This document shows positions 50,009 through 61,056 of a stretch of 64,000 nt of DNA, in pieces. The DNA is from Pseudomonadota bacterium (GTDB taxonomy: Bacteria; Bdellovibrionota_C; UBA2361; OMII01). Below the pieces are notes generated by a model that did no database searches, had not been told where the DNA came from, and saw nothing but the letters and a program-made list of their open reading frames with translations. The stretch is from NCBI GenBank assembly GCA_038134595.1, contig JAYPVM010000001.1:32001-96000 (forward strand), in the 5' to 3' direction. Every line of letters starts with the position of its first letter. Positions within the stretch are counted from its first letter, which is position 1. The position numbers were made by a program, and so were the translations under genes.

Positions 50009-51142
50009 CTAGCTCCTTTTAGCTCGCAATTGTCCCTGATGAACGAGTAACGCCGCTGCAATGATGTCATCATCGAGGTCGACGATAAATTTTGTCTCCT
50101 CTCCTTCTTGACGTGCCACAAAAAGTTCTAAGAGAGAGACCAGATTTCTAGCAAAGAAACTACTCGAATCTGCCGCCATCATCGCAGGATAATTTGTGTG
50201 TCCGATAATTTTAACGCCATCGAACTCAACAATTTCATCAGCAACACTTAAAGGACAGTTTCCTCCACTTGGAGTTGCCATATCGACAATGACCGATCCA
50301 CGCTTCATGCCCCGCACTACTGCTTCTGTTACAAGGGTCGGAGCCTTCCTTCCAGGCACATTTGCAGTTGTAATAATCACATCACTCTTACAGAGCCGAT
50401 CGTCGAGAGCAGCTTGAAGTTTTTGCTTGGATTCATCAGACAGCTCTCGTGCGTATCCACCATCACCATTTCCTGATTCTCCAATATCAATATCAATAAA
50501 CTTTGCACCCAGCGATAACACCTGTTCACGCGTCTCCGGTCGCACATCGTATGCTTCAACCACCGCACCGAGTTTTTTCGCCGTGGCAATCGCCTGAAGG
50601 CCCGCCACACCTACGCCCAAAACAGTAAGCTTGGTTGCCTTTGCAGATCCTGCGGATGTCATCATCATCGGAAAAAATCTTCCATAATGATGCGTTGCCT
50701 CTAGCACAGCACGGTAACCAGCAATTCCAGCCTGAGATGAGAGGACATCCATTGATTGCGCACGGGACGTTCTTGGGATCGCTTCCAGAGCAAGAGCATC
50801 GATCTGTTTGTCCGCAAAGTGCTGTAGTAAAGAATCGTTTCGAAACGGTTCGAGTAACGAAACTAACATCGATCCACTCTGCAAGAGAGCAGCTTCTTCA
50901 GAGGTCGGCGGAGCTATTTTTGCAACTATGTTTGCAGCCCATGCGTCAGCCGCAGAGACAAGTGATGCACCAACCGAGCGATAATCATCATCGTGAAAAC
51001 CAGCATAAAATCCAGCACCCTCCTGTACGCAAATAGAATAACCCGCCTTAACCAGACGTTTGGCTGAATCTGGAGTAGCGGCTACCCGTGTTTCACCCGC
51101 TATGCTCTCCTTTGGAACACCAACTGTAATTCCTGTTGCCAT
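50009..51142 (-). CDS. pntAA: NAD(P) transhydrogenase alpha subunit part 1 (domain I)
   Basis: [46 protein letters not shown]. Confidence 0.95.
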   Translation of the reverse strand: MATGITVGVPKESIAGETRVAATPDSAKRLVKAGYSICVQEGAGFYAGFHDDDYRSVGASLVSAADAWAANIVAKIAPPTSEEAALLQSGSMLVSLLEPFRNDSLLQHFADKQIDALALEAIPRTSRAQSMDVLSSQAGIAGYRAVLEATHHYGRFFPMMMTSAGSAKATKLTVLGVGVAGLQAIATAKKLGAVVEAYDVRPETREQVLSLGAKFIDIDIGESGNGDGGYARELSDESKQKLQAALDDRLCKSDVIITTANVPGRKAPTLVTEAVVRGMKRGSVIVDMATPSGGNCPLSVADEIVEFDGVKIIGHTNYPAMMAADSSSFFARNLVSLLELFVARQEGEETKFIVDLDDDIIAAALLVHQGQLRAKRS

Positions 51143-51317
51143 AGATGCTTCATTCCCCCTGATAACGGCGCATTAGGCGCGCACTGTACAGAATATCTTC
51201 CCTTATTTTGAGATGTCGGACCGGTCAAAAAAGTTCTTAAGGACGTAATGGCCCATAGCGTATTTTTTGCTTCTTACGCTGCGCTAACTATCTGTATTTA
51301 TGTAAACTAGCTCGATT

Positions 51318-51950
51318 CTATCTACCGGAGAGATACAATTGATTTGACCGAATATAGTCTGCAACCGTGGAGGGAACGGCACGCGCTATATCTTCATTCC
51401 GCCTCCACATAGTCCGAATCTCTGAGCTAGAAATTTCGCTCCCATCGGCTCCAAGTGGCTCTGCCAAGGTCAAGCGCCATTGAGCGCCGATTTCAAAATC
51501 CGCACTCTCTCCCGGCCTTGGAATAACTATAAACCTTGCTTCTGTTTGCAGTTGCTCTTGTGATTTCCAGTGTGTCAGAGCTGAAACAAGTTCCGAGCCT
51601 ATTACAATGTAAACATCGGATTCCTGTATGTCATTAAAGTAGCGAACTAAATCAATCGTACCGTATCCGAGACGCCCCGATACATGAACATCCGAAACAG
51701 CGATCCGGCCGTCTTCTCCGAAACACTGTTGCACCCCGATTCTTGTCATAGCCAATCGATGTTCAGCTGAACCACATAGATCCTTATCCGGTCTTGTTCC
51801 ACTAGGAACGACAATCACACTACCAAAACCAATCGTATCGACGAGATGCTTAATGACGCTGGCATGCCCCAAATGAAACGGGTCGAATGCACCACCGTAC
51901 ACCGCAATAGAGTTACTATAGTCTTCTCCTACTGGTCCCTTCACTGTCAT
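51318..51950 (-). CDS. nadD: nicotinate-nucleotide adenylyltransferase
   Basis: YGGAFDPFHLGH (HxGH), ISSSEIR, VADYI....LY. Confidence 0.9.
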   Translation of the reverse strand: MTVKGPVGEDYSNSIAVYGGAFDPFHLGHASVIKHLVDTIGFGSVIVVPSGTRPDKDLCGSAEHRLAMTRIGVQQCFGEDGRIAVSDVHVSGRLGYGTIDLVRYFNDIQESDVYIVIGSELVSALTHWKSQEQLQTEARFIVIPRPGESADFEIGAQWRLTLAEPLGADGSEISSSEIRTMWRRNEDIARAVPSTVADYIRSNQLYLSGR

Positions 51951-53911
51951 CGCTCGCCCTTTGCTAACTCACGTAATTGCCGTAATTCGGCATCAAAACC
52001 AGATGACAGTACTGGAAACCTACAAAATGTCTTTGGATCAACATTTTCATCATCAAGATGAAATGAAACGGCAAGCCGCTCTCGTTTCCATTGGTTTCTA
52101 CACCACAAAAGAAAAAAACGCTCAATCCAGCCTGCAATCTCTTTCTTACTGTAGGACTCAGAAAGTTCAGTGCTTAATTTTTTAAAGATAGCCACAGGAT
52201 CGAGATGATCTCGCACGGCATATCGCTCTATCCCATCAAGAACGCGATACGGCATCAGATCGTCTTCATCTCTTTGATTCGACATTGGAGGGCGCAATTC
52301 TGCCGTAGGTGCCTGTGCATTTACAAGAGATAATGCAGATAGCTCTCCCCCCTCTCGCCTCTCTAGCCATAGTAGCCATTCTCTCAGAAATGCTTTATCG
52401 ACACCCCCCAATGGAGCAAGACCTCCGCTACTATCTCCATCCATAGTCGTATAGCCAACAGATGCTTCACTTCGATTACTCGTAGCTAGCAACAGAGCGT
52501 TTCTTAAATTAGCAATCATCCACACTGATGGAGACCGAACCCGTGCCTGAATATTTTGAAGCGCCGTATCATGCTTGTCCCAAGACAGTGATATCCCCAT
52601 ACTCTTCTCTATCAACGCGTGATAGGCCTCAACTATCTCTTGAACGTTAAGATCACACCATGACGCTTGAAGTTGTTCTGCCAAACATCTGGCCGCTTCG
52701 TGTGTTTCCTGCGAGCTATTCTTCGTTGCCTGATAAACGCACGTAAGTATGCATTTGACAATTTCCGTTGAACTCTTTGCCGCGGAGATACCTGGAACAT
52801 AAGAAAAGATTTCAGCAAATCCGTTCAATCCTAGTTCACTAACGGATCGTCTCACCATAAGCGCCACAAGACAGCTCGTAGCACTAGAGTCCACACCACC
52901 ACTTAACGAGACGACAAATCCGTGGGCGCGACTCTTGCGAGCGTAATCAAAAAGAGCCAATGTCACCGCCCCTTCAAACTCGTCTTGTTTCTCAGTGCGA
53001 CGGGGGGAAACTGGGCGCGATATTTTCTCTGCACTATCTTCTTCAACAAGCGATACATCATCAACAATAATACAATTATCGTCCTGCTCTCGCCTCTTCT
53101 CTATATTTCCTTGTACGCAAGAGGCATCAAGAACAGCAGAGACCATCGGGGCTTCTGAAAATCTAAAGCGTTCTCCACACGCGATCATCTCTCCGTTTAC
53201 CGCGATTAGAGTGTCTCCATCGTATATAGTTCTACCCGATTCACATCCCAATAAATTTGAGAAAACATACCCAACATTACAGAGCTTGGAGCCCTCTACT
53301 ACAAGACGCTTTCTAATTTCGTGTTTACCAAACGCAAAATGACTCGCACTTGGATTAAGAATGATGTCAATTCCACGACTAGCCAACTTTATAGCAGGCC
53401 GATCTTCAACCCACGCATCACGACAGATTTCAAACCCGATACGCAGGCCACTAATATCGAATTGCAAATCTCCCAACGGCATGACGGCGTCGAGCATAGT
53501 AAGCTCTTCTCTCTGCCCTCGCTGCCACGGAGAAAACCAGCGAGACTCGTAATGGATTCCATCGTTAGCGAGAAACTGCTTTAGAACAATCCCGCGTACC
53601 GCGCCATCAATGGCAACTGCAATCCCATTGTATCGTCGATCTTGAAACAAAACCGGAATACCAAAACCAACAAACATTCCCTCTGTTAATTGGGCTAGCT
53701 TTTGGACGCCATCATAGCCTCGTTCAATCACGGAGTCCGAGAAAAAGGTATCTTCACACCCGTACCCTGTAACACATAATTCTGGCAGACAAAGAATTGA
53801 GATGTTTTGTTCTCGTGCTTTATGTATCGCCGTCTCAATACGGCGGAAGTTACCCTCCCAATCAAGGGGAGTTTGATTCAATGCAACGCTGGCTAGCTTA
53901 ATTGTACTCAT
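51947..53911 (-). CDS. nadE: glutamine-dependent NAD+ synthetase
   Basis: Nitrilase domain LPELC..GY, K, FEIC; synthetase SLSGGVDSS, QNIQARVR, TSNRSE, PTAELRP. Confidence 0.95.
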   Translation of the reverse strand: MSTIKLASVALNQTPLDWEGNFRRIETAIHKAREQNISILCLPELCVTGYGCEDTFFSDSVIERGYDGVQKLAQLTEGMFVGFGIPVLFQDRRYNGIAVAIDGAVRGIVLKQFLANDGIHYESRWFSPWQRGQREELTMLDAVMPLGDLQFDISGLRIGFEICRDAWVEDRPAIKLASRGIDIILNPSASHFAFGKHEIRKRLVVEGSKLCNVGYVFSNLLGCESGRTIYDGDTLIAVNGEMIACGERFRFSEAPMVSAVLDASCVQGNIEKRREQDDNCIIVDDVSLVEEDSAEKISRPVSPRRTEKQDEFEGAVTLALFDYARKSRAHGFVVSLSGGVDSSATSCLVALMVRRSVSELGLNGFAEIFSYVPGISAAKSSTEIVKCILTCVYQATKNSSQETHEAARCLAEQLQASWCDLNVQEIVEAYHALIEKSMGISLSWDKHDTALQNIQARVRSPSVWMIANLRNALLLATSNRSEASVGYTTMDGDSSGGLAPLGGVDKAFLREWLLWLERREGGELSALSLVNAQAPTAELRPPMSNQRDEDDLMPYRVLDGIERYAVRDHLDPVAIFKKLSTELSESYSKKEIAGWIERFFLLWCRNQWKRERLAVSFHLDDENVDPKTFCRFPVLSSGFDAELRQLRELAKGER

Positions 53912-54118
53912 AGAATGCTCATCTCTAAAAAAGAGACTTACATCTCTTATAGAACCGATAGCATAGTGATTATAACACCTAAGAACACATACATCACTCC
54001 TAGATAATCTCCTCCAACACCCATGAAATCTGCCAACTAATAAACTTTACAAGACATTCAGAGGTTTTATCGATTTTCATTTACCAAGGAACACTACACA
54101 TAATAGAATACTAACATC

Positions 54119-54703
54119 ATGGAGACTACAACAGCCCCCTCAAATCAATCGTGTGCCTGCACCAACCTCTTTGTTGCAATGTATCACGCTGTACTACGAC
54201 CCAAACGATGCTGGGAAACCGTCCGTTGCGCCCCTTTAAGCCCCATCGAGCTACTGCTCACCACAGCACTCCCACTCAATATTGCCTATCTGCTCGTATC
54301 CCGAGAAGCGCTGCTCCATTCGCTAGGCTTTACTCAGATTCTCTTAGGGATTGCTATAACAGCACTCGTACAGCTCGGCGCCATTATTTGCGCCGCGTGG
54401 ATACTGCGGCTACTCGCTCCGTTTTTTAGGGGAAACGTGACAGCAACCGAAGGGGTATATCTTGTCGTATATCCAATGATACCTATCTGGCTTGCCCTGC
54501 TGGCTAGTCACTATCCCTTTGGACTCACACTATTAATCTGTGCGATTGCACTCTCACTCTATAGCCTCTATCAGGGTATTTTGGCACTTGGAGACACTCC
54601 TAAGAGAAGCGTCGTTCAATTTTTCTCGGTAGTTGTAGCGTGCGCGGTTACTGCGTGGGTTATGATTGTTTCTGTGTATGCGTGTTTAGCGATGTTGCTG
54701 TAG
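54119..54703 (+). CDS. Yip1-like membrane protein
   Basis: VLRPKRCWE N-terminal motif, five TM helices, SLYSLYQG. Confidence 0.65.
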   Translation: METTTAPSNQSCACTNLFVAMYHAVLRPKRCWETVRCAPLSPIELLLTTALPLNIAYLLVSREALLHSLGFTQILLGIAITALVQLGAIICAAWILRLLAPFFRGNVTATEGVYLVVYPMIPIWLALLASHYPFGLTLLICAIALSLYSLYQGILALGDTPKRSVVQFFSVVVACAVTAWVMIVSVYACLAMLL

Positions 54704-54793
54704 CGAGATATGACGACTGATTAAAACAACCTCTTTAACATTCAAAAGGGACACAAGACCGTTACCTGACAGCCTCTGAGAATACCATAGCCC

Positions 54794-56248
54794 CTACGAT
54801 GAAGTAGTCGGATTTACAGCATCACTCCATCCGCCACCAAGAGCCTTAAAAACTGAGATGATAGAGCTAACAACCTCAGCTTCACTTTGTACCAACTCTA
54901 TCTCTGAAAGAAGCGCTACCCGCTGAGCATCTAAAACCGGCAAAAGGTCGATGAGGCCATTTTCATACTGAAGGCGCGCAATTTGAACTGCCTTCGTGCT
55001 GTTTGCTACACTTTCGGCAAGAAAATCTCGTTTTCGCTTACTGGTCGAAAACTGCGTCAATGCATTCTCAGTATCTTCAAGCGCCAGTAATACTGACTGC
55101 TCGTACTGAGCTAACGCCTCTTTTTGGGCCGATTTAGCCTGATCAACCTGTGCTAGCACTCGCCCTATGTTAAACGCAGGCCAAGAAATAGAAGGAAGTA
55201 TGCTGTACGAATCGTTATCTCCCGAGGTTAATTCCCCCACAGTTGGCGCCTGTAACGATATCGAACCATTAAACGTTATTTTCGGAAAAAGATTCCCCTT
55301 CACGAGACCTATCGAAGCTGTCGCCGCCGCGAGCCTCATCTCTGCGGCTCGAATATCGGGACGTCGCTGTAAGAGACTAGCCGGATCTCCTATCGTTATC
55401 GGCCCGTGGTAGGACGGAATCTCCGCACTCATAGCAAGCTCTGGCTCGATTTCCGAGGGTTGCTTGCCACACAAAACCGCGAGCCGATACAATAAAGCCT
55501 GTACCTGCGCTTCTAACTGCGGAATCGTTGCGTGAGTATTAGCAAGCTGCGCCTTCGATCGAACCACATCAAACTCCGTTGACTGTCCGCCTTTAAAAAG
55601 TGCTTCTGCAATCGAGACAACCTTTCGCTGTGTTGTTGCGTTTTGATTCGCAACCGAAAGTTGTTGCTGAACACTCCGAAGTTTGACATATGTACGCGCC
55701 ACTTCACTAACAAGAATCCTAATAGCATCTTGTAGTGTTGCTACTGATGCCGCACTCTCGGCTCCCTTGGCTTCAACACCCCTTCGAACGCGACCAAAAA
55801 TATCAAGCTCCCAAAAAGCATCAAAACCAGATTGGTAATACTCATTAGTTATATGGCTATTACCATTTCGAAATGAACCACCGGCAAAGGTAGACGTTGG
55901 GATATGTGTTCGTGCGTATTTACCACTTGCAGCAACCGTAGGTAGAAGATCGAGAAACGCCTCTCTCCGCGCAGCCCGTGCTTGATTAACCCTTGCCAGC
56001 GCACTCTCTAGATCATTATTAGACAAAACCGCTTGTTCGATGAGAAGCGTGAGTTTTTCATCCTGAAAATTTGTCCACCATCCATCAATGGGAATATCTC
56101 CCTCGACAAAATCATCCTGATTGGCTTCAGCCTGCACAAACGACTCAGGTACGGTAGTAGTCGGGGCAATAAAATCAGGTCCAACGGCACATCCCACCAT
56201 AAAGAGGGGCACACCAACCGACACCATCTTTCGATAAAAAGTTCGCAT
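54794..56248 (-). CDS. RND efflux outer-membrane lipoprotein (NodT/TolC family)
   Basis: Lipobox VGCAVGPDF, WW..F.D..L, WELDIFG, LLQRRPDIRAAE, KALGGGW. Confidence 0.93.
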   Translation of the reverse strand: MRTFYRKMVSVGVPLFMVGCAVGPDFIAPTTTVPESFVQAEANQDDFVEGDIPIDGWWTNFQDEKLTLLIEQAVLSNNDLESALARVNQARAARREAFLDLLPTVAASGKYARTHIPTSTFAGGSFRNGNSHITNEYYQSGFDAFWELDIFGRVRRGVEAKGAESAASVATLQDAIRILVSEVARTYVKLRSVQQQLSVANQNATTQRKVVSIAEALFKGGQSTEFDVVRSKAQLANTHATIPQLEAQVQALLYRLAVLCGKQPSEIEPELAMSAEIPSYHGPITIGDPASLLQRRPDIRAAEMRLAAATASIGLVKGNLFPKITFNGSISLQAPTVGELTSGDNDSYSILPSISWPAFNIGRVLAQVDQAKSAQKEALAQYEQSVLLALEDTENALTQFSTSKRKRDFLAESVANSTKAVQIARLQYENGLIDLLPVLDAQRVALLSEIELVQSEAEVVSSIISVFKALGGGWSDAVNPTTSS

Positions 56249-56259
56249 TTATTGTACCC

Positions 56260-59200
56260 TTAGTTACCGACAACAAAAGCTGCAACACTGTCGCCAGAGA
56301 TCTCATGAGAACTCTTTGAACGGGAGATAGTTACATACAGAACTGGTAGCACAAAAAGGGTAAACACGGTACCGATAATCATACCGGTTACAAGCGTTAT
56401 TCCAATACTGTTTCGAGCGCCAGCACCCGCTCCACTTGCAAATACCAGGGGCATATGGCCAACAACAGTGGCAACCGAAGTCATTAAGATAGGTCGAAGC
56501 CTTGTCTGAGTTGCCTGCACTACTGCATCTATCTTTGATATTCCCAGCTTCTCTTGTAGCGTATTTGCAAACTCAACAATTAAAATCCCATTCTTTGCAA
56601 CTAAACCGACAAGCGTCACGAGTCCTACCTGAGAATAAATATTAAGTGAGGTTGACCCCAGAAAAACAAAGACGAGTGCTCCTGCCAACGCAAGAGGAAC
56701 CGAGCCTAATAAGATAATAAGTGGATCAACAAAGCTCTCAAACTGTGCCGCTAAGACTAAAAAAATCACCACAAGAGCCAATACAAGTGTGCCCGTCATG
56801 CTCTTTGACTCCTTACGCAACTGCCGAGATTCTCCGGCATAATCGACTACATAATTTGACGGTAAGATCTCTTTTGCTTTCTGCTCTAACACCGAGAGCG
56901 CATCGTGCACACTTACACCAGGAATGATAGCGCCTTGAATCTTTGCTGAGTTTAATTGTTGGAATCGATTTAGCTGCCTTGGTTGCACGCTATCCTCTAT
57001 ATGCGCAACATTGGCAAGAGGCATCAGTGTGTTATTTGGGCCCTGTACATGAAGCGAGAGTAACTGCTCGGGATTTAACCTATCGCTGCGAGCTACCTGC
57101 GGAAAGACTTTGTAACTTCTACCCACCATCGAAAACCGATTTACGTAATTCCCACCAACATAAGTTGCAATATCAGCTCCGATATCAGCCAGCGAAACCC
57201 CCATCGCATTGACCTTATTCCGATCTATGACAAGCTCACTCTGCGGCAAGTCATACTTGAGGTCGGAATCAGCAAACATAAATTTACCACTTTGAAACGC
57301 CGCCGCGATAAGCCTCTGCGCATAACCAAAGACCTCTTGGGGCTCCGCAGTAGAAGAGATAATAAACTCTATCGGAAAATCACTCCCTCCTGGAAGCGGC
57401 GGCTTAGTTGTTACAATTACGCGAGCTCCTGGAATAGCTCCTACCTTCGCCCACAGCTCTGGCTCAATCTCAAAGATAGTTCTACTTCGGTCACTCCAGG
57501 GTTTCGTAACAAGCCCTGAAAAACCAAACCCCGGATTCGTCAGTTGAAACGAGCCTCGATATTCAGGGATTGAGGCATACGCCTCATGAACTCGTCCCGT
57601 CGATAATTTCATCTGCTCTAAGGTTGCATCCGGTGCTCCCTTCACTATTCCGAATAACACTCCCTGGTCCTCGCGGGGAGCTAGCTCTTTTGAAGAGAAG
57701 AGATACAGTGGAATAATCAACAGAATCGCTCCCGCTGTACAGACTAGGACAAAGGTTCTTTGCGTTAGCACGTAACGTAGTGCGTCGTGATACCAAGCCC
57801 TAAACCGGACTAGACCCTCATCAACGCCCTTCGTGTAACGGTTCTTATGAACTTTAGTCTCCTTGACTAGGCGAGAAGACATCATCGGAGAAAGCGTAAT
57901 AGCAACAACACCTGAAATCAGCACAGCACCTGCAAGCGTGAAAGCAAACTCCCGAAACAACGCTCCCGTCAAGCCACCTTGAATTCCAATTGGAGCATAC
58001 ACAGCTGCAAGCGTAATAGTCATCGCAATCGTCGGGCCTAAAAGCTCACGAGCCGCTGTGAGTGCCGCTGGCATTGGCTTCATACCCTCTCGAACGTGGC
58101 GCTCAACATTCTCAAGCATCACAATCGCATCATCAACAACGAGTCCCACCGAGAGAACAATAGCCAACAGTGTAAGTAGATTAATCGTAAACCCACACGC
58201 CAGCATAATTATGGTCGCTCCGATAAGCGATAGAGGAATCGCTACAACCGGCACAAGAACAGAGCGAAATGATCCTATAAAGAGGTATATAATGACGATT
58301 ACAATCAGAATCGTCTCTGTAAGAGTTGTAATAACCTCACTAATCGCATCGCGAATATACTTGGTAGCGTCATAAGGCACCGTTAACGTCACACCCGACG
58401 GGAGATTCTTTTGTATCTCCGGCAATACGTCGCGCACCCCCTGAACAACATCAAGTGCATTGGCAGTTGGTAGAACCCAAATACCCATAAACGTAGCCTG
58501 CTCACCGCTAAAGCGTACATCTTCGTCATAGCTCTCAGCTCCGAGAACAACATCCGCAAGGTCGCCTAAACGCACAATGCTTTCGCCGCGCTGACTAACA
58601 ACAAGGTTTTTAAAGTCCTCTGTCCCTCGAAGATCAGTATTTGCGATAAGACTTACCGAGATAAGGTTTCCCTTGGTGTTACCAACCGCAGATAGAAAGT
58701 TGTTCTTTGTTAGAGCTTGTCTCACCTCTCGAGCACTAACTCCGAGCGCTGCCATCCTATCGGGATTTAGCCAAATTCTCATAGCGAAATTTCGCGCCCC
58801 CAGAATCCCTGCTCGTTGGACGCCTGAAACCGCAGATAACTGAGGTTGTACTACCCTAGTTAAGTATTCGGTCAGCTGATTTGTTTCGAGGCTCTTTGAT
58901 GAGAATCCGAGATACATCGAGGCGAATCGATTATCACTGCTCTCTACTTCAATACTCGGCGCTTCTGCCTCAGGGGGAAGCTCGCTTCGTACCTGCGCAA
59001 CCTTCGCCTGAATTTGGGTCAACGCAGTGTTAACATCAAAATTAAGATGTAGATGCGCAACGATCTCACTTAGCCCCTGCTTGCTGGTCGATTCGAGATA
59101 ATCAATTCCATCAGCACTAGCAATTACTCGCTCAAGGGGTGTGGAGATATAGCCTCGCACTAAATCAGCAGGGGCTCCGATATAAGCCGTTCGAACCTTT

Positions 59201-59334
59201 ACTATCGAGCTATCACTCTTTGGATACTGGCTGACATTAAGTGTTTCAATCGCCTTATAACCGGCTAATAGTATGAGTGCGTTAAAGCATAGAGCTAAAA
59301 CAGGCCGCTTAATAAAGATGTCTGTAAAACGCAT
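56260..59334 (-). CDS. RND efflux transporter permease (HAE1, MexW/MexI-like)
   Basis: FIKRPV, GLVVDDAIV.LEN, GLVAKNGILIVEFA, RLRPILMTS. Confidence 0.95.
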   Translation of the reverse strand: MRFTDIFIKRPVLALCFNALILLAGYKAIETLNVSQYPKSDSSIVKVRTAYIGAPADLVRGYISTPLERVIASADGIDYLESTSKQGLSEIVAHLHLNFDVNTALTQIQAKVAQVRSELPPEAEAPSIEVESSDNRFASMYLGFSSKSLETNQLTEYLTRVVQPQLSAVSGVQRAGILGARNFAMRIWLNPDRMAALGVSAREVRQALTKNNFLSAVGNTKGNLISVSLIANTDLRGTEDFKNLVVSQRGESIVRLGDLADVVLGAESYDEDVRFSGEQATFMGIWVLPTANALDVVQGVRDVLPEIQKNLPSGVTLTVPYDATKYIRDAISEVITTLTETILIVIVIIYLFIGSFRSVLVPVVAIPLSLIGATIIMLACGFTINLLTLLAIVLSVGLVVDDAIVMLENVERHVREGMKPMPAALTAARELLGPTIAMTITLAAVYAPIGIQGGLTGALFREFAFTLAGAVLISGVVAITLSPMMSSRLVKETKVHKNRYTKGVDEGLVRFRAWYHDALRYVLTQRTFVLVCTAGAILLIIPLYLFSSKELAPREDQGVLFGIVKGAPDATLEQMKLSTGRVHEAYASIPEYRGSFQLTNPGFGFSGLVTKPWSDRSRTIFEIEPELWAKVGAIPGARVIVTTKPPLPGGSDFPIEFIISSTAEPQEVFGYAQRLIAAAFQSGKFMFADSDLKYDLPQSELVIDRNKVNAMGVSLADIGADIATYVGGNYVNRFSMVGRSYKVFPQVARSDRLNPEQLLSLHVQGPNNTLMPLANVAHIEDSVQPRQLNRFQQLNSAKIQGAIIPGVSVHDALSVLEQKAKEILPSNYVVDYAGESRQLRKESKSMTGTLVLALVVIFLVLAAQFESFVDPLIILLGSVPLALAGALVFVFLGSTSLNIYSQVGLVTLVGLVAKNGILIVEFANTLQEKLGISKIDAVVQATQTRLRPILMTSVATVVGHMPLVFASGAGAGARNSIGITLVTGMIIGTVFTLFVLPVLYVTISRSKSSHEISGDSVAAFVVGN

Positions 59335-59344
59335 CGAGACTACC

Positions 59345-60475
59345 TTATGAATTTTTTACTGTCGGATTCTCAGATGCTGGTGCACTATCTGTTGAAGAAA
59401 TTACTATCGACGCTCCGGGGCGCAGCTTAAACCCTCCAAGCGTTACTATCTCTTGCCCCGGCTCTATTCCTTTAAGAACTGCGACTAAATCTCCCCGCTT
59501 CGACCCGAGAGTCACCATTTGCTGTCTGACAGTCAGTGGCTCATTCTCCTCACGAACAACCACATAAACGGAATTTCCATACGGCGCGTACTGAATTGTA
59601 GTAACCGGTACAACCACGAGCGACCGATCAGTTCCAACAACAAGTGAAATAGAGCCAAACATACCCGGAAGAAGTTGCTCGTCCTTATTTTCGACTGTCG
59701 CCTGCACAGACACCAGTCGAGTTATCTCATCGATACTAGGATTTATCGCCGTTATGGTTCCCTCAAACGTGCGCTCTTTAAAGGCATCAACTGTTATCGA
59801 CACCTTTTGACCTATTCCTTGCAAAGAAGGAGCTATCTGCTGAGGTACAGAAAAATTAAAGTGAATTGGATGGACAGAATATAGCGGAACAAGGGGTGTC
59901 CCAGGTGTCACATATTCTCCAATATTTACCGTACGAATCCCAACCTTGCCCTCAAACGGAGCCACAATCGTTTTTCGAGCGATCACCCCCTCTAAGGAAT
60001 CGACCTCGGACTGTGCTTGCTGTAGCCTCGACTCAGCCTCCTCAAATGTTGCTAACGACAATGCGCTCTGGCTCTTTAACCGCTCGGCTCTCGCCCTATT
60101 CTGCTGAGCCAAGGCAAGTCTTGCTTTAGCGCCCGCTAATTGAGCCTGTTCGACAGACTGGTCAATTTCAAAGAGTTTTTGTCCCTTGCTAACCCGAGCA
60201 CCAGAGGAGAAGTCAACGCGTACAATATTGCCTGATTCTTGAGCTTTAAGAGTAGCGCCCTCAACGGCAGCAAAGGCACCCACGGTGTTGTAGGTCTCAC
60301 GCCACGCTCTTGATTGAGCGACCGCTACTGCAACCGTCTCTGGAGGCCTGCCCTTACCAGCATGCTCGCGAATAGCACTCCAGATCTGACAGCCCTTAAC
60401 GGCTGCTAATAGTATTGTGACTCCTACCACAAGGAGGAGTCCTCTTAGAACCTGTCTGTTTTTGGTTATCTGCAT
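59345..60475 (-). CDS. RND efflux periplasmic adaptor (MFP)
   Basis: I.APFEGKVG, F.G.I.AINP.ID..TR, LLPGMF; operon context. Confidence 0.93.
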   Translation of the reverse strand: MQITKNRQVLRGLLLVVGVTILLAAVKGCQIWSAIREHAGKGRPPETVAVAVAQSRAWRETYNTVGAFAAVEGATLKAQESGNIVRVDFSSGARVSKGQKLFEIDQSVEQAQLAGAKARLALAQQNRARAERLKSQSALSLATFEEAESRLQQAQSEVDSLEGVIARKTIVAPFEGKVGIRTVNIGEYVTPGTPLVPLYSVHPIHFNFSVPQQIAPSLQGIGQKVSITVDAFKERTFEGTITAINPSIDEITRLVSVQATVENKDEQLLPGMFGSISLVVGTDRSLVVVPVTTIQYAPYGNSVYVVVREENEPLTVRQQMVTLGSKRGDLVAVLKGIEPGQEIVTLGGFKLRPGASIVISSTDSAPASENPTVKNS

Positions 60476-60787
60476 AAAGCCTTAGGATAATTGCGATATG
60501 AACATCTTTGATAAGCTTGCTGAATCATACGAAAATATGCCCAAAATTAGCAATAAGTTCTAAGAAACTTATCCCTCGTAATGTAATAACCACCGGCAAT
60601 CCCAGACCTATCATCTGCGCTGAGCCACTATGGTATCCGGCAAAAATCGTGAAACTTCTTTAAAATCAGCATCCGCTAAGGTACCATCTGCTCAAATAAG
60701 CAGATAGCAGTTCCCCCTCCTTGAGGACCTTATACAACGGCAATTCTCCATCAAGTAGGGAGAGAGAAAGAAAGGGAGTAAAATCAA

Positions 60788-60970
60788 ATGTACAATCCAG
60801 ATAAATCTTCGAGAACAAATCATTCAGAACAAACATCTATGGATCTACAGGAGCTTACACTTCCGGAACCTCATGAAAATCCCCTCATGGATGCGTTTCT
60901 CGAGGCTTCCCATGATGCTATCGGACTAACGCCAGCCCAACTTCGATTGCTTGGGGCGTTAGCGGATTAG
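60788..60970 (+). CDS. small hypothetical acidic protein (60 aa)
   Basis: Strong purine-rich SD (AAGGGAG) 9 nt before ATG; downstream terminator-like hairpin. Confidence 0.45.
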   Translation: MYNPDKSSRTNHSEQTSMDLQELTLPEPHENPLMDAFLEASHDAIGLTPAQLRLLGALAD

Positions 60971-61027
60971 CCGGTTCAACAAGCCGCGTTTGTAAAGGCT
61001 TAATTATCGAACCCATTTTGATTTTCT

Positions 61028-61056
61028 AAGTGAGGCCGAAAGGCCTCATTTCTGTT
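61028..61056 (+). terminator. probable intrinsic terminator
   Basis: GTGAGGCC-GAAA-GGCCTCAT stem with GNRA loop followed by TTCTGTT. Confidence 0.6.

Noticed and set aside
49711..50121. 136-aa version of pntAB in the ORF track
   Set aside because: The first 40 aa overlap the pntAA end; the true start is ATG 50001 with an AGGAG SD
61024..61052. Hammerhead ribozyme (TGAGGCCGAAAGGCC resembles stem II)
   Set aside because: Core CUGAUGA is not intact (CTAAGTGA) and the stem is not followed by GAAA; better explained as a terminator hairpin
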